Assembly (NCBI GenBank): GCA_020073205.1
Contig: JAIQFR010000007.1
Coordinates: 4,073-68,072 of the forward strand
From: Terriglobia bacterium
GTDB taxonomy: Bacteria > Acidobacteriota > Polarisedimenticolia > Polarisedimenticolales > JAIQFR01
Direction of reading: 5' to 3'
Length of the DNA stretch: 64,000 nucleotides
The notes under the pieces are model-generated. The model had not been told where the DNA came from, ran no database searches, and saw nothing but the letters and a program-made list of their open reading frames with translations. Below, piece by piece: positions 1 through 6,229 of this stretch. Position 1 is the stretch's first letter. Each line of letters starts with the position of its first letter. The translations under genes were made by a program, and so were the position numbers.

Positions 1-104
1 CCGAGGAAGCTCGGGGGATCGGTCCGCTCCGCCTCGGCGTACGCGACCGCGATGGAGTCCTTGTGAACGTCCAGACCGACGAAAAGAGTAGTAGGCTTCT
101 GCAT
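1..104 (-). mobile_element. IS110-family (DEDD) transposase, 5' end only; the gene continues leftwards beyond the window
   Basis: The reverse strand from the ATG at 104..102 translates to MQKPTTLFVGLDVHKDSIAVAYAEAERTDPPSFL. This is the characteristic N-terminus of IS110/IS1111-family transposases (LFVGLDVHKDSIAVA matches the vGiDvsKd..va motif). Confidence 0.75.
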
Positions 105-195
105 GGCTGACCTCCGGTTCGAAATGCTGGTGGCAAGACCAGCAGGCGGCTCTGGCCCGAAATGGGCTAACCCGCGACATTGCCGGAGGTCAGCC
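105..195. repeat. 13-bp perfect inverted repeat (GGCTGACCTCCGG at 105..117 and CCGGAGGTCAGCC at 183..195) around an inner hairpin (GCTGGT-GGCAAG-ACCAGC) and a CGAAATG direct repeat. Lies between the IS110 transposase start and the higA stop
   Basis: Read directly from the sequence. Possibly the IS left-end structure or a remnant of the first attC of the array. Confidence 0.55.
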
Positions 196-221
196 TACTC
201 GGAAGCCGGAAGTCATACTGT

Positions 222-554
222 CTAGGTTGCTGGAAGTCCCTTCGAGAGACTGATGATTCGGGCGAGTTCCCGATTCGACGCACCGAGCGCGAGTAGAGAG
301 CGGATGAGAAGGTCAAGGGTCACCGAAGGATCACCGGCTTCCATCTTCGCGACGCGCGATTGGCTCGAGCGGACTCTCCGCGCGAGTTCCACCTGGGTCA
401 ACCGGCGGCGTCTCCGACGCGCTCGAAGCCCGTCGGCGAGTTTGAGCTTCAGTTCGATGTACGCGGCCTCCTCGGCCGACAGTTCCAGGAACTCCTTGGT
501 GCCGCCGACCTTCCAGCCTTTCGCCTCAAGGCGTTTCCTCTTATCCTCACGCAT
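222..554 (-). CDS. higA: HigA-type antitoxin, XRE-family HTH (start taken at internal Met MREDKRK...)
   Basis: HTH segment LTQVELARRVRSSQSRVAKMEAG. Lies immediately downstream of and overlapping the HigB-like toxin gene, giving toxin-first HigBA order. Confidence 0.8.
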   Translation of the reverse strand: MREDKRKRLEAKGWKVGGTKEFLELSAEEAAYIELKLKLADGLRARRRRRRLTQVELARRVRSSQSRVAKMEAGDPSVTLDLLIRSLLALGASNRELARIISLSKGLPAT

Positions 555-879
555 CGTCGTACTCCCGGAGCCGTCGCCTACAGACCTCGATGACCGCGGC
601 AGGCGTGGCGGTCGTCTTCTTGCTGAAGACGTCAACGATGACGATCGCGTCGGGGTCGATTCGGTAGACGATTCTCCACGTCACGTTGGCGTCGTTGATC
701 CTCAATTCATGGCAGCGGCGTGCAATCGTTGGCATCGGCCTCGAATGCGGCATCCCCAGCGACTCGCCCCGCTGCAACCTCCGAAGCAGAACGCCCGCTT
801 CGATCCTGGCTGGCTGGGAAAGAGGTGGTGTCTTGACTTCTCCGTGCAGCCAGACCAGGGGCTTGTCCGTCGAACTCAT
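547..879 (-). CDS. higB: HigB-like toxin of the RelE/ParE superfamily (gp49-like, COG4679)
   Basis: MSSTDKPLVWLHGEVKTPPLS...CHELRINDANVTWRIVYRIDPDAIVIVDVFSKKT matches the widespread HigB/gp49 family almost along its full length. Confidence 0.8.
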   Translation of the reverse strand: MSSTDKPLVWLHGEVKTPPLSQPARIEAGVLLRRLQRGESLGMPHSRPMPTIARRCHELRINDANVTWRIVYRIDPDAIVIVDVFSKKTTATPAAVIEVCRRRLREYDDA

Positions 880-936
880 TCGGGTGCAGTATATGTCGGC
901 AAGGACATATTGGCAAGTTGGTTCTGGAGGCCGGCA

Positions 937-1035
937 ACCTAACCGCGCGATTCAGCTGCCGGTCTGGGCTGTCACACCGCGTGCTTGCGCACGCGTCGCG
1001 CCGACCCATCCCGCAGCTGATCGCGGGCGTTGCCC
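937..1035 (+). other. attC-like site 1 (99 bp): inverse core ACCTAAC at 937, core GTTGCCC at 1029
   Basis: Imperfect palindrome with L''/L' arms CGCGAT-T-CAGCTGC and GCAGCTGATCGCG (one unpaired T) and central hairpin CGCGTGC-TTGC-GCACGCG. About 90% identical to site 3 over the central 60 bp. Confidence 0.6.
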
Positions 1036-1096
1036 GGCCAGAAGCGGGTGATCGACAACCTAGGCCCAGCGGGTGCTATCCTCGGGAATGATGGCT

Positions 1097-1378
1097 ATGC
1101 GATTCACATGGAGTCTCGAAAAGGCGACGGTCAATCGTAGAAAGCACGGCGTCCCCTTCGAAGAGGCCCTCACCGTGTTCGGGGATCCGCTCGCCCGTAT
1201 CCACGACGATCCCGCGCACTCCAAGACGGAGGGCCGCGAGATCATCGTCGGGCATTCCAGGCGCGGGCGTCTGATCTTGGTTTCCTTTTGCGAGCGGCGT
1301 GGGGCAGTCCGCCTCATCAGCGCTCGTCGAGTGACACGACATGAACGTGAAGACTACGAGAAAGGCACGCGGCGGTAG
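1097..1378 (+). CDS. brnT: BrnT toxin (DUF497 ribonuclease toxin)
   Basis: MRFTWSLEKATVNRRKHGVPFEEALTVFGDP is the BrnT signature. A GTG at 1073 is an alternative start. Confidence 0.8.
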   Translation: MRFTWSLEKATVNRRKHGVPFEEALTVFGDPLARIHDDPAHSKTEGREIIVGHSRRGRLILVSFCERRGAVRLISARRVTRHEREDYEKGTRR

Positions 1379-1598
1379 CAATGGCGTTCGAGCTGTGCGT
1401 GAGATCGAAAGCGAATATCGCTTCGACTATAGCGAGGCTCGGCCAAACCGCTTCGCCAGGAAGATGGCACGCGACGCAGTGGTCGTGGTCCTGGACGCTG
1501 ATGTCGCGAAAGTCTTCCGCGACTCGAAGCGAGTCAACTCGCTTCTTCGCGCGACCATCGCGGCGGTCGAAAAACGGCCATCGCGCCGGGCGGGCTAG
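1341..1598 (+). CDS. brnA: BrnA antitoxin
   Basis: Overlaps the brnT 3' end. The EYRFDYSEARPNRFARKM motif is typical of BrnA. Confidence 0.7.
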   Translation: MNVKTTRKARGGSNGVRAVREIESEYRFDYSEARPNRFARKMARDAVVVVLDADVAKVFRDSKRVNSLLRATIAAVEKRPSRRAG

Positions 1599-1692
1599 CC
1601 GGCTGAAGCTGCCGGTCCCCGCTGTCACGGGTCGTGCTTCCGCACGCCCCGCGCCAGCGTGGCCCGCAGCTTAGCCGGAACGTCTAGCCGGA
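1595..1692 (+). other. attC-like site 2 (degenerate; relative of sites 1 and 3 that lacks a clean AAC/GTT core)
   Basis: AGCTGCCGGTCcccgCTGTCACgggtcGTGCTTcCGCACGC...CCCGCAGCTT aligns with site 1. Outer arms GGCTAG and CTAGCC. Confidence 0.4.
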
Positions 1693-1759
1693 GCCGGGAA
1701 GCCAACCTACCCAAAGCAGCGGTCAGGACGTATCATCTGACGGCAAGGAGCGCCGATAG

Positions 1760-1966
1760 ATGATCTTCATCGTCGAACTTGAGCAGGAAACCGACGGCCG
1801 ATGGATCGCCGAAGTGCCTGACCTGCCAGGGGTTATGGCTTACGGCAGGTCGTCGGCCGATGCGACCGCGAAAGTGCAGGCACTCGCGCTGCGCGTAGTT
1901 GCAGAACGACTCGAGCATGGCGAAGCCGGTCCCGACCTCCTCACGATCACATTCAAGGCGGCATGA
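1760..1966 (+). CDS. hicB: HicB-family antitoxin (UPF0150)
   Basis: MIFIVELEQETDGRWIAEVPDLPGVMAYGRS fold signature. RBS AAGGAG upstream. Stop overlaps the hicA start. Confidence 0.7.
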   Translation: MIFIVELEQETDGRWIAEVPDLPGVMAYGRSSADATAKVQALALRVVAERLEHGEAGPDLLTITFKAA

Positions 1967-2175
1967 GCGAATGGCCGAGCACGCGAGCACGACGGGTGCT
2001 CGCTGCGCTGCTCCGAATCGGCTGGGAACAGAAACGGCAGTCAGGTTCGCACCGGACCTTGCGGCGCGATGGGTGGCCTGACTATGTGTTCGCCTTTCAT
2101 GACGACGAGGAATTGGGGCCACGGATGCTCGCGCGAATCGCGAAACGCACCGGCCTCCGCCCACAAGATCTGTAA
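1963..2175 (+). CDS. hicA: HicA toxin (YcfA-like mRNA interferase)
   Basis: RVLAALLRIGWEQKRQSGSHRTL: the GSH motif and size are typical of HicA. Confidence 0.8.
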   Translation: MSEWPSTRARRVLAALLRIGWEQKRQSGSHRTLRRDGWPDYVFAFHDDEELGPRMLARIAKRTGLRPQDL

Positions 2176-2203
2176 CTGAACGGTCGGGGAGATAGGTAAC
2201 ACT

Positions 2204-2383
2204 TTAGGCCGGGGACATGGGTGACACTGTTTTCCGGACCCACCTTCCCTTGTGATCCTCGATCCTGAGCTTCCGCTCGTCCATCCTCCCGAGCTTGATC
2301 GGCCCGAAGTATACGTCCCAAAGTCCGTCGTCCACTTCCTCGAGACCGACGTACTCGCCGGCGAGCGTGGTCGTCAGGAGATG
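2204..2383 (-). pseudogene. 59-codon C-terminal gene remnant with no start codon; begins right after an in-frame TGA
   Basis: Reverse-strand frame HLLTTTLAGEYVGLEEVDDGLWDVYFGPIKLGRMDERKLRIEDHKGRWVRKTVSPMSPA*. It lies inside the hicBA cassette before attC3. Identity not recognised; possibly a transposase or other gene fragment. Confidence 0.35.
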
Positions 2384-2411
2384 TCATGAAGTGTCATTCG
2401 AAAATGCGGCT

Positions 2412-2510
2412 GTCTAACTGGGCGCTCCAGTTGACGGTCTGGGCCGTCACGCCGCGTGCTTCCGCACGCGTCGCGCCGACCCATCCCGCAACTGAGCGCC
2501 GTCGTTGGGT
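2412..2510 (+). other. attC-like site 3 (99 bp): inverse core GTCTAAC at 2412, core GTTGGGT at 2504
   Basis: Both cores match the RYYYAAC / GTTRRRY consensus exactly. Arms GGCGCTC-C-AGTTG and CAACTGAGCGCC carry one extrahelical C. Outer CTGTC...GACAG. Confidence 0.65.
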
Positions 2511-2554
2511 CGACAGAACTTGACACGGGCGCCGAATATGCATATAGTACATAT

Positions 2555-2833
2555 ATGAGGGTTGTCTGGGATCCCGCGAAAGCGAAGGCGAACCAGCTGA
2601 AGCACGGCATTCGCTTCTCGGACGCGGAGGGTGTCCTCTACGATCCCATGGCACTCACCCGCGAGGACGAACGGAGCGAAGGCGAACCCCGGTTCATTTC
2701 GATCGGCATGGATCATCTGACTCGCGTCGTGGTCGTGGTCTTCATCCCACGTGGCGAATCGGCTCGACTCATCTCGGCGCGCCGCGCGTCGAGGAAGGAA
2801 CGGCACCAATATGCGCAAAGAATACGATTTTAG
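2555..2833 (+). CDS. brnT: BrnT toxin, second divergent copy
   Basis: MRVVWDPAKAKANQLKHGIRFSDAEGVLYDP. The ATG at 2555 lies 45 nt after the attC3 core. Confidence 0.8.
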   Translation: MRVVWDPAKAKANQLKHGIRFSDAEGVLYDPMALTREDERSEGEPRFISIGMDHLTRVVVVVFIPRGESARLISARRASRKERHQYAQRIRF

Positions 2834-3062
2834 CGGAGCCCGCCAGGGCGCCGTCATTAAGCAGCCCGGGAAGACCCGGATCACCATCTACCTCGACGAC
2901 GACGTGCTGCAGGCGTTCCGCGAGCGGGCTGACGAGACCGGACGAGGCTACCAGACGATGATCAACGACGCGCTTCGCGAGCACTTGGGCAAGACTCCGC
3001 AGCCACTCGATGCGCGAACCCTGCGTCGAATTCTCCGAGAGGAATTGCGAAGGACCGGTTGA
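2811..3062 (+). CDS. brnA: BrnA antitoxin, second copy
   Basis: MRKEYDFSGARQGAVIK...ITIYLDDDVLQAFRERADETGRGYQTMINDALREHL. Overlaps the brnT 3' end. Confidence 0.75.
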   Translation: MRKEYDFSGARQGAVIKQPGKTRITIYLDDDVLQAFRERADETGRGYQTMINDALREHLGKTPQPLDARTLRRILREELRRTG

Positions 3063-3075
3063 TTTGAGCCATGCG

Positions 3076-3169
3076 GCCCAACGCGCTGCAACTGCCAAGC
3101 GCGGCCGATACCGTGCGATGGAACAATGGCACGCTGGCCGCGCTTGCAGTTGAGCGCTATCCGTTCGAC
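3076..3169 (+). other. attC-like site 4: inverse core GCCCAAC at 3076, core GTTCGAC at 3163
   Basis: Arms GCGCT-G-CAACTGC-C-AAGCGC and GCGCTTGCAGTTGAGCGC with two unpaired bases. Begins 14 nt after the brnA stop and ends 27 nt before the next ATG. Confidence 0.6.
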
Positions 3170-3196
3170 AGACTCTGAGCGGAAAGAGGTGAAGGA

Positions 3197-3523
3197 ATGA
3201 AACGAAAGCTCCTGATCGCGGTCGTGACTGCCATAAGCGGCGCGGTCCTCGCAATGATGGGCTTCGTGCTTCTCGGCCGCGGCGACACTGCCGCCGCACA
3301 AGGAGTCGTGGTGAATGGCGGCCAGGCGTCCGGCCTAACAGGCGTTGGGCCAGACACGTCATCGCCCAACTGGAAGCTTCTGTCCGAAGACGTCGGTGTG
3401 ATGATCCGCAAAGACGACCGACTCGGTCTGCGTGGTCGGCTCTTCGTCCGTATCAATGACGCCTGGTTGCCGGTTGCCACCGACGGGCTGGCCGATGTGC
3501 TTGGGACCGTACCGGCACGGTGA
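3197..3523 (+). CDS. Small secreted or membrane-anchored hypothetical protein (cassette cargo)
   Basis: RBS GGAAAGAGGTGAAGGA precedes the ATG. N-terminal signal or TM segment MKRKLLIAVVTAISGAVLAMMGFVLL. Confidence 0.5.
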   Translation: MKRKLLIAVVTAISGAVLAMMGFVLLGRGDTAAAQGVVVNGGQASGLTGVGPDTSSPNWKLLSEDVGVMIRKDDRLGLRGRLFVRINDAWLPVATDGLADVLGTVPAR

Positions 3524-3665
3524 AGCGCATGCGAAGTGGCACGGAGGGCCGATCACGAGTCGGTGCGTTACAGCCTGCGCCTACTGCTCGAACAGGGCTG
3601 TGCGCGATGGGTTCAAGGCGCAGTCAACGGGTCGGGAGTTCGCCGTCGAACTACGCGTTCCAGCG

Positions 3666-3740
3666 GACGCATTCGCGCGTCACGCCCCGTGCGAAGCGCG
3701 GGTCGCGCCGCGCGGCCCGCGCCTGACGCGCGGCGTTCGA
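3666..3740 (+). other. attC-like site 5: inverse core GTCGAAC at 3666, core GTTCGAC at 3734
   Basis: The 7-bp cores are perfectly complementary. Inner arms CGCGCGTCACG and CTGACGCGCG. The next ORF starts 54 nt downstream. Confidence 0.45.
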
Positions 3741-3793
3741 CAGGCGGAAGAAACGCGAGTTGCCGAACATACGCCATTGGCGTATAGTAGGCT

Positions 3794-4111
3794 ATGCGCT
3801 TCGTTGAGCCCCCGGTCTTTACCAAGCGGGTGAAGGACCTGCTGCCAGACGAGGACTACAGGACCCTCCAGGTCGCCCTGCTCCTCCGTCCAGAGCAGGG
3901 GCCACTCATCAGGGGCGCTGGTGGACTTCGCAAGGTGCGCTGGGCCCCCAGAGGAGTCGGAAAGCGATGAGGCGTTCGAGTGATCTACGACTGGCGCCCC
4001 GATGAGCAAGTCTTCTACATGCTCTTCGCGTACGCCAAGACCGTCCAGGAGGACCTGACCCCGGATCAGCTTCGAGTCCTGGCTCGAACCGTCCGAGAGG
4101 AGTTCAAGTGA
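3794..4111 (+). pseudogene. higB: HigB-2/RelE-ParE-family toxin gene interrupted by an in-frame TGA at 3968..3970
   Basis: MRFVEPPVFTKRVKDLLPDEDYRTLQVALLLRPEQGPLIRGAGGLRKVRWAPRGVGKR*GVRVIYDWRPDEQVFYMLFAYAKTVQEDLTPDQLRVLARTVREEFK. The stop replaces the conserved Gly of the KRGG(V/A)RVIY motif (GGA to TGA). Confidence 0.65.
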
Positions 4112-4398
4112 AGCAGAGTGACTTCAGCGACCTCATCAAGAGCGTCCGGCAGGCAGGTCGAATCCGACGCAAGAAAATGCGCCCCAGCCGCGCGACGACT
4201 TTCAAGCCTGCGGATGTCAAGGCGATTCGCGGCAGCCTCGGGAAGTCGCAGACCGAATTCGCGATGATGATCGGGGTCAGCGTCGCGACCCTTCGCAACT
4301 GGGAACAGGGTCGGCGAGTCCCTGACGGACCTGCCCAGGCTTTGCTGCGGGTCGCAGCTCAGAATCCGGAAGCGGTCGCGCACGCGCTGGGTGCTTGA
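4108..4398 (+). CDS. higA: HigA-2-like HTH antitoxin (XRE family); GTG start overlaps the toxin stop (GTGA)
   Basis: SQTEFAMMIGVSVATLRNWEQGRRVPDGPAQALLRVAAQNPEAV, characteristic of antitoxins paired with HigB-2. Confidence 0.7.
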   Translation: MKQSDFSDLIKSVRQAGRIRRKKMRPSRATTFKPADVKAIRGSLGKSQTEFAMMIGVSVATLRNWEQGRRVPDGPAQALLRVAAQNPEAVAHALGA

Positions 4399-4424
4399 TT
4401 GGCGAGCGCGCTGTCGACCAGCGT

Positions 4425-4508
4425 GGTCAACCCGACGGTCCTCGCGTCACGGCGCTTGCGGGGCAAGCGCCGCGCCTCTCGGCCTGCGGGCTACCACCGG
4501 CGTTGGGC
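4425..4508 (+). other. attC-like site 6: inverse core GGTCAAC at 4425, core GTTGGGC at 4502
   Basis: Central perfect 9-bp stem GGCGCTTGC-gggg-GCAAGCGCC. Lies between the higA stop (4398) and the mrr ATG (4530). Confidence 0.5.
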
Positions 4509-4529
4509 AGACTAGTCGAAGAGGGAGCC

Positions 4530-5423
4530 ATGCCGAGAAAGCCTGATTCGGCGCCCGAGTTCGTGAGATTCGTCGGTCCGGTACTTGCCGCGCTCGAAGG
4601 ACTCGGCGGCTCCGGTCGCCCGGACGAGGTGCGCAGTGCAATTGCCAGGGCGCTAAGCATCTCTGAAGCCGAACAGGCTCTTCGGTTGCCGAGTGGCGTT
4701 CAGTCTCGTTTCGAGAATCAGGTCCACTGGGCACGGTTCTACCTGGCGAAAGGGGGATACATCGACGCGTCTCGTCATGGGGTATGGACTCTCACCGAGA
4801 AGGCACGCGCACTCGGGAGAGTCTCTCCTGCCCAGGGCCGGGAGATCTATCGCACCGTTGCAACTGAGTTTGGAAAGTCGGGCGTGAAGACATCAGCGCC
4901 AGAAGACGCGCAGGCCGGCGAGGAGCATGTGGCCCCCGCGACCGACGCTGAGCATACATTCATCAACTACAGGGAGTCGGTCGCGGCGAGTCTCCAGGGC
5001 CTTCCTGCGGCGGGGTTCGAACGTTTCTGCCAACGTCTTCTCCGCGAGTCCGGATTCGAGGAGGTCAGTGTGACCGGTCGATCTGGCGACGGTGGTATCG
5101 ACGGCATTGGCGTTTTGCAGGTGAACGCGCTCGTGAGTTTCAAGGTTCTGTTTCAATGCAAGCGCTACACAGGTTCGGTTACTCCAAGTCAGGTTCGTGA
5201 CTTCAGAGGTGCCATGATGGGCAGGGCCGACAAGGGCATCATGATCACCACCGGGTCATTCACGTCCGACGCCCGGAAGGAAGCCGTGCGTGACGGGGTC
5301 CCACCGATCGAGCTCGTCGACGGCGAGAAGCTCGTGAACATGCTCGAGCGGCTTGAGCTAGGCCTGAGACCGCGGCGGACGTTTGAAGTGGACGCGGCGT
5401 TCTTCGAGCAGTTCCGCAAGTGA
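4530..5423 (+). CDS. mrr: Mrr-family restriction endonuclease (N-terminal winged-helix Mrr_N plus C-terminal Mrr_cat nuclease)
   Basis: RBS GAAGAGGGAG. N-terminal EFVRFVGPVLAALEGLGGSGRPDEVRSAIA. C-terminal GIDGIGVLQ...FQCKRYTGSVTPSQVRDFRGAM...GIMITTGSFTSDARKEA restriction-endonuclease core. Confidence 0.8.
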   Translation: MPRKPDSAPEFVRFVGPVLAALEGLGGSGRPDEVRSAIARALSISEAEQALRLPSGVQSRFENQVHWARFYLAKGGYIDASRHGVWTLTEKARALGRVSPAQGREIYRTVATEFGKSGVKTSAPEDAQAGEEHVAPATDAEHTFINYRESVAASLQGLPAAGFERFCQRLLRESGFEEVSVTGRSGDGGIDGIGVLQVNALVSFKVLFQCKRYTGSVTPSQVRDFRGAMMGRADKGIMITTGSFTSDARKEAVRDGVPPIELVDGEKLVNMLERLELGLRPRRTFEVDAAFFEQFRK

Positions 5424-5492
5424 CAACGTCGCCCACGCCGTTACCGGTGACGGACCGCCGTGCGTCCCGCGCCTGACCGGCCGACGTTGCCG
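5422..5492 (+). other. attC-like site 7 (weaker): GACAACGTCG ... CGACGTTGCC arms, core GTTGCCG at 5486
   Basis: Imperfect palindrome starting at the mrr stop codon, with inner CGTTACCGGTGACG. The next ATG is 27 nt downstream. Confidence 0.4.
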
Positions 5493-5518
5493 CGGGCAGG
5501 TAATGCTGAGGAGAGATC

Positions 5519-5983
5519 ATGCCGCTTCAATTCGCGCCCGTTGCCCGCGCTGAAATGCTCATTCGCAGATCGGTGGCTGAGGTCTTCAACGCCTTCGTCG
5601 ATCCCGCCGTGACCCGCCGGTTCTGGTTCACGAGGGGCAGCGGGAGGCTCGAACAAGGCGCGCGTGTGAAGTGGTACTGGGACATGTACGGCGTGTCGGC
5701 CGACGTCGAAGTCAAGGCCATCGAAGTGAATCGTCGGATCTCGATCGACTGGCCGACACCTGTCGAGTGGATCTTCACCCCGCGGCCTGATGGCACCACT
5801 TACGTGAGTATCATCGCGTCGGGATTTGCCGGAAGTGACGACGAGAAAGTCGCCCAAGCCATCGATTCCATGGGGGGCTTCAGCTTGGCTCTCGCGGGTT
5901 GCAAGGCGTTCTTGGAACACGGCGTCGAGCTGAACCTCGTGGCGGATCACCGCCCCGATGCGCATGTCGCAGGCGGCGCCTGA
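5519..5983 (+). CDS. SRPBCC-superfamily protein (AHSA1/START-like)
   Basis: FVDPAVTRRFWFTRG...VKWYWDMYGVSADVEVKAIEVNRRISIDW pattern of activator-of-Hsp90-ATPase-like SRPBCC proteins. RBS GAGGAGAG. Confidence 0.65.
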   Translation: MPLQFAPVARAEMLIRRSVAEVFNAFVDPAVTRRFWFTRGSGRLEQGARVKWYWDMYGVSADVEVKAIEVNRRISIDWPTPVEWIFTPRPDGTTYVSIIASGFAGSDDEKVAQAIDSMGGFSLALAGCKAFLEHGVELNLVADHRPDAHVAGGA

Positions 5984-5984
5984 C

Positions 5985-6074
5985 ACGTAAAGCTGCGGTC
6001 CACGTTGTCACGGGGCGTGCTGGCGCACGACCCGTTCCCTCCTGGGCATTGGAAATTCTCAGGCACCGTTAAGC
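5985..6074 (+). other. attC-like site 8 (truncated relative of sites 1-3) ending in a perfect core GTTAAGC at 6068
   Basis: AGCTGCGGTCcacgttGTCACggggcGTGCTgGCGCACG aligns with sites 1-3. GTTAAGC fits GTTRRRY exactly. Confidence 0.4.
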
Positions 6075-6076
6075 AC

Positions 6077-6178
6077 CGAAGTCGGCAGGACAACCATCGG
6101 ATCGCATACCGGGTCGATGACGGCGAGGAATCGGTCACGATCATCGAGATCGGGGATCGCAAGGAAGTCGACCGATAG
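6077..6178 (+). pseudogene. 3' remnant (about 33 codons) of a RelE/ParE-family toxin gene, with no start codon
   Basis: ...HRIAYRVDDGEESVTIIEIGDRKEVDR* matches the C-terminal beta-strands of RelE/ParE toxins. Upstream in frame there is only attC sequence and a stop. Confidence 0.45.
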
Positions 6179-6229
6179 GCCTGCCGCCTCGCCCGGGGGT
6201 ATGATCGGCCACAAGGAGGCTCCTCCCTC

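Larger units (their letters stand above)
105..6180 (+). mobile_element. Integron-type gene-cassette array (CALIN-like; no integrase in window): 9 cassettes and 8 attC-like sites, all sites in the same orientation
   Basis: Short operons each end within a few nt of an RYYYAAC...GTTRRRY imperfect palindrome. The next ORF starts 20-45 nt after the GTT. The cargo is dominated by toxin-antitoxin and defence genes. Confidence 0.55.

Noticed and set aside
105-195. 13-bp inverted-repeat element scored as an attC site
   Set aside because: Perfect long arms without AAC/GTT cores and no unpaired bases. It more likely belongs to the IS110 end or a terminator-like hairpin.
3968-3970. In-frame TGA of the HigB-like ORF as a selenocysteine or Gly recoding event
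   Set aside because: It replaces a structural Gly in a non-redox toxin, with no CxxU context. Gly recoding of UGA is confined to low-GC candidate phyla. A nonsense mutation is the simpler explanation.
880-6100. Possibility that the recurring palindromes form a CRISPR array
   Set aside because: The repeats are 70-100 bp imperfect palindromes separated by gene-sized (0.3-1.5 kb) coding spacers. They are not 25-40 bp direct repeats with 30-40 bp spacers, and there are no cas genes.
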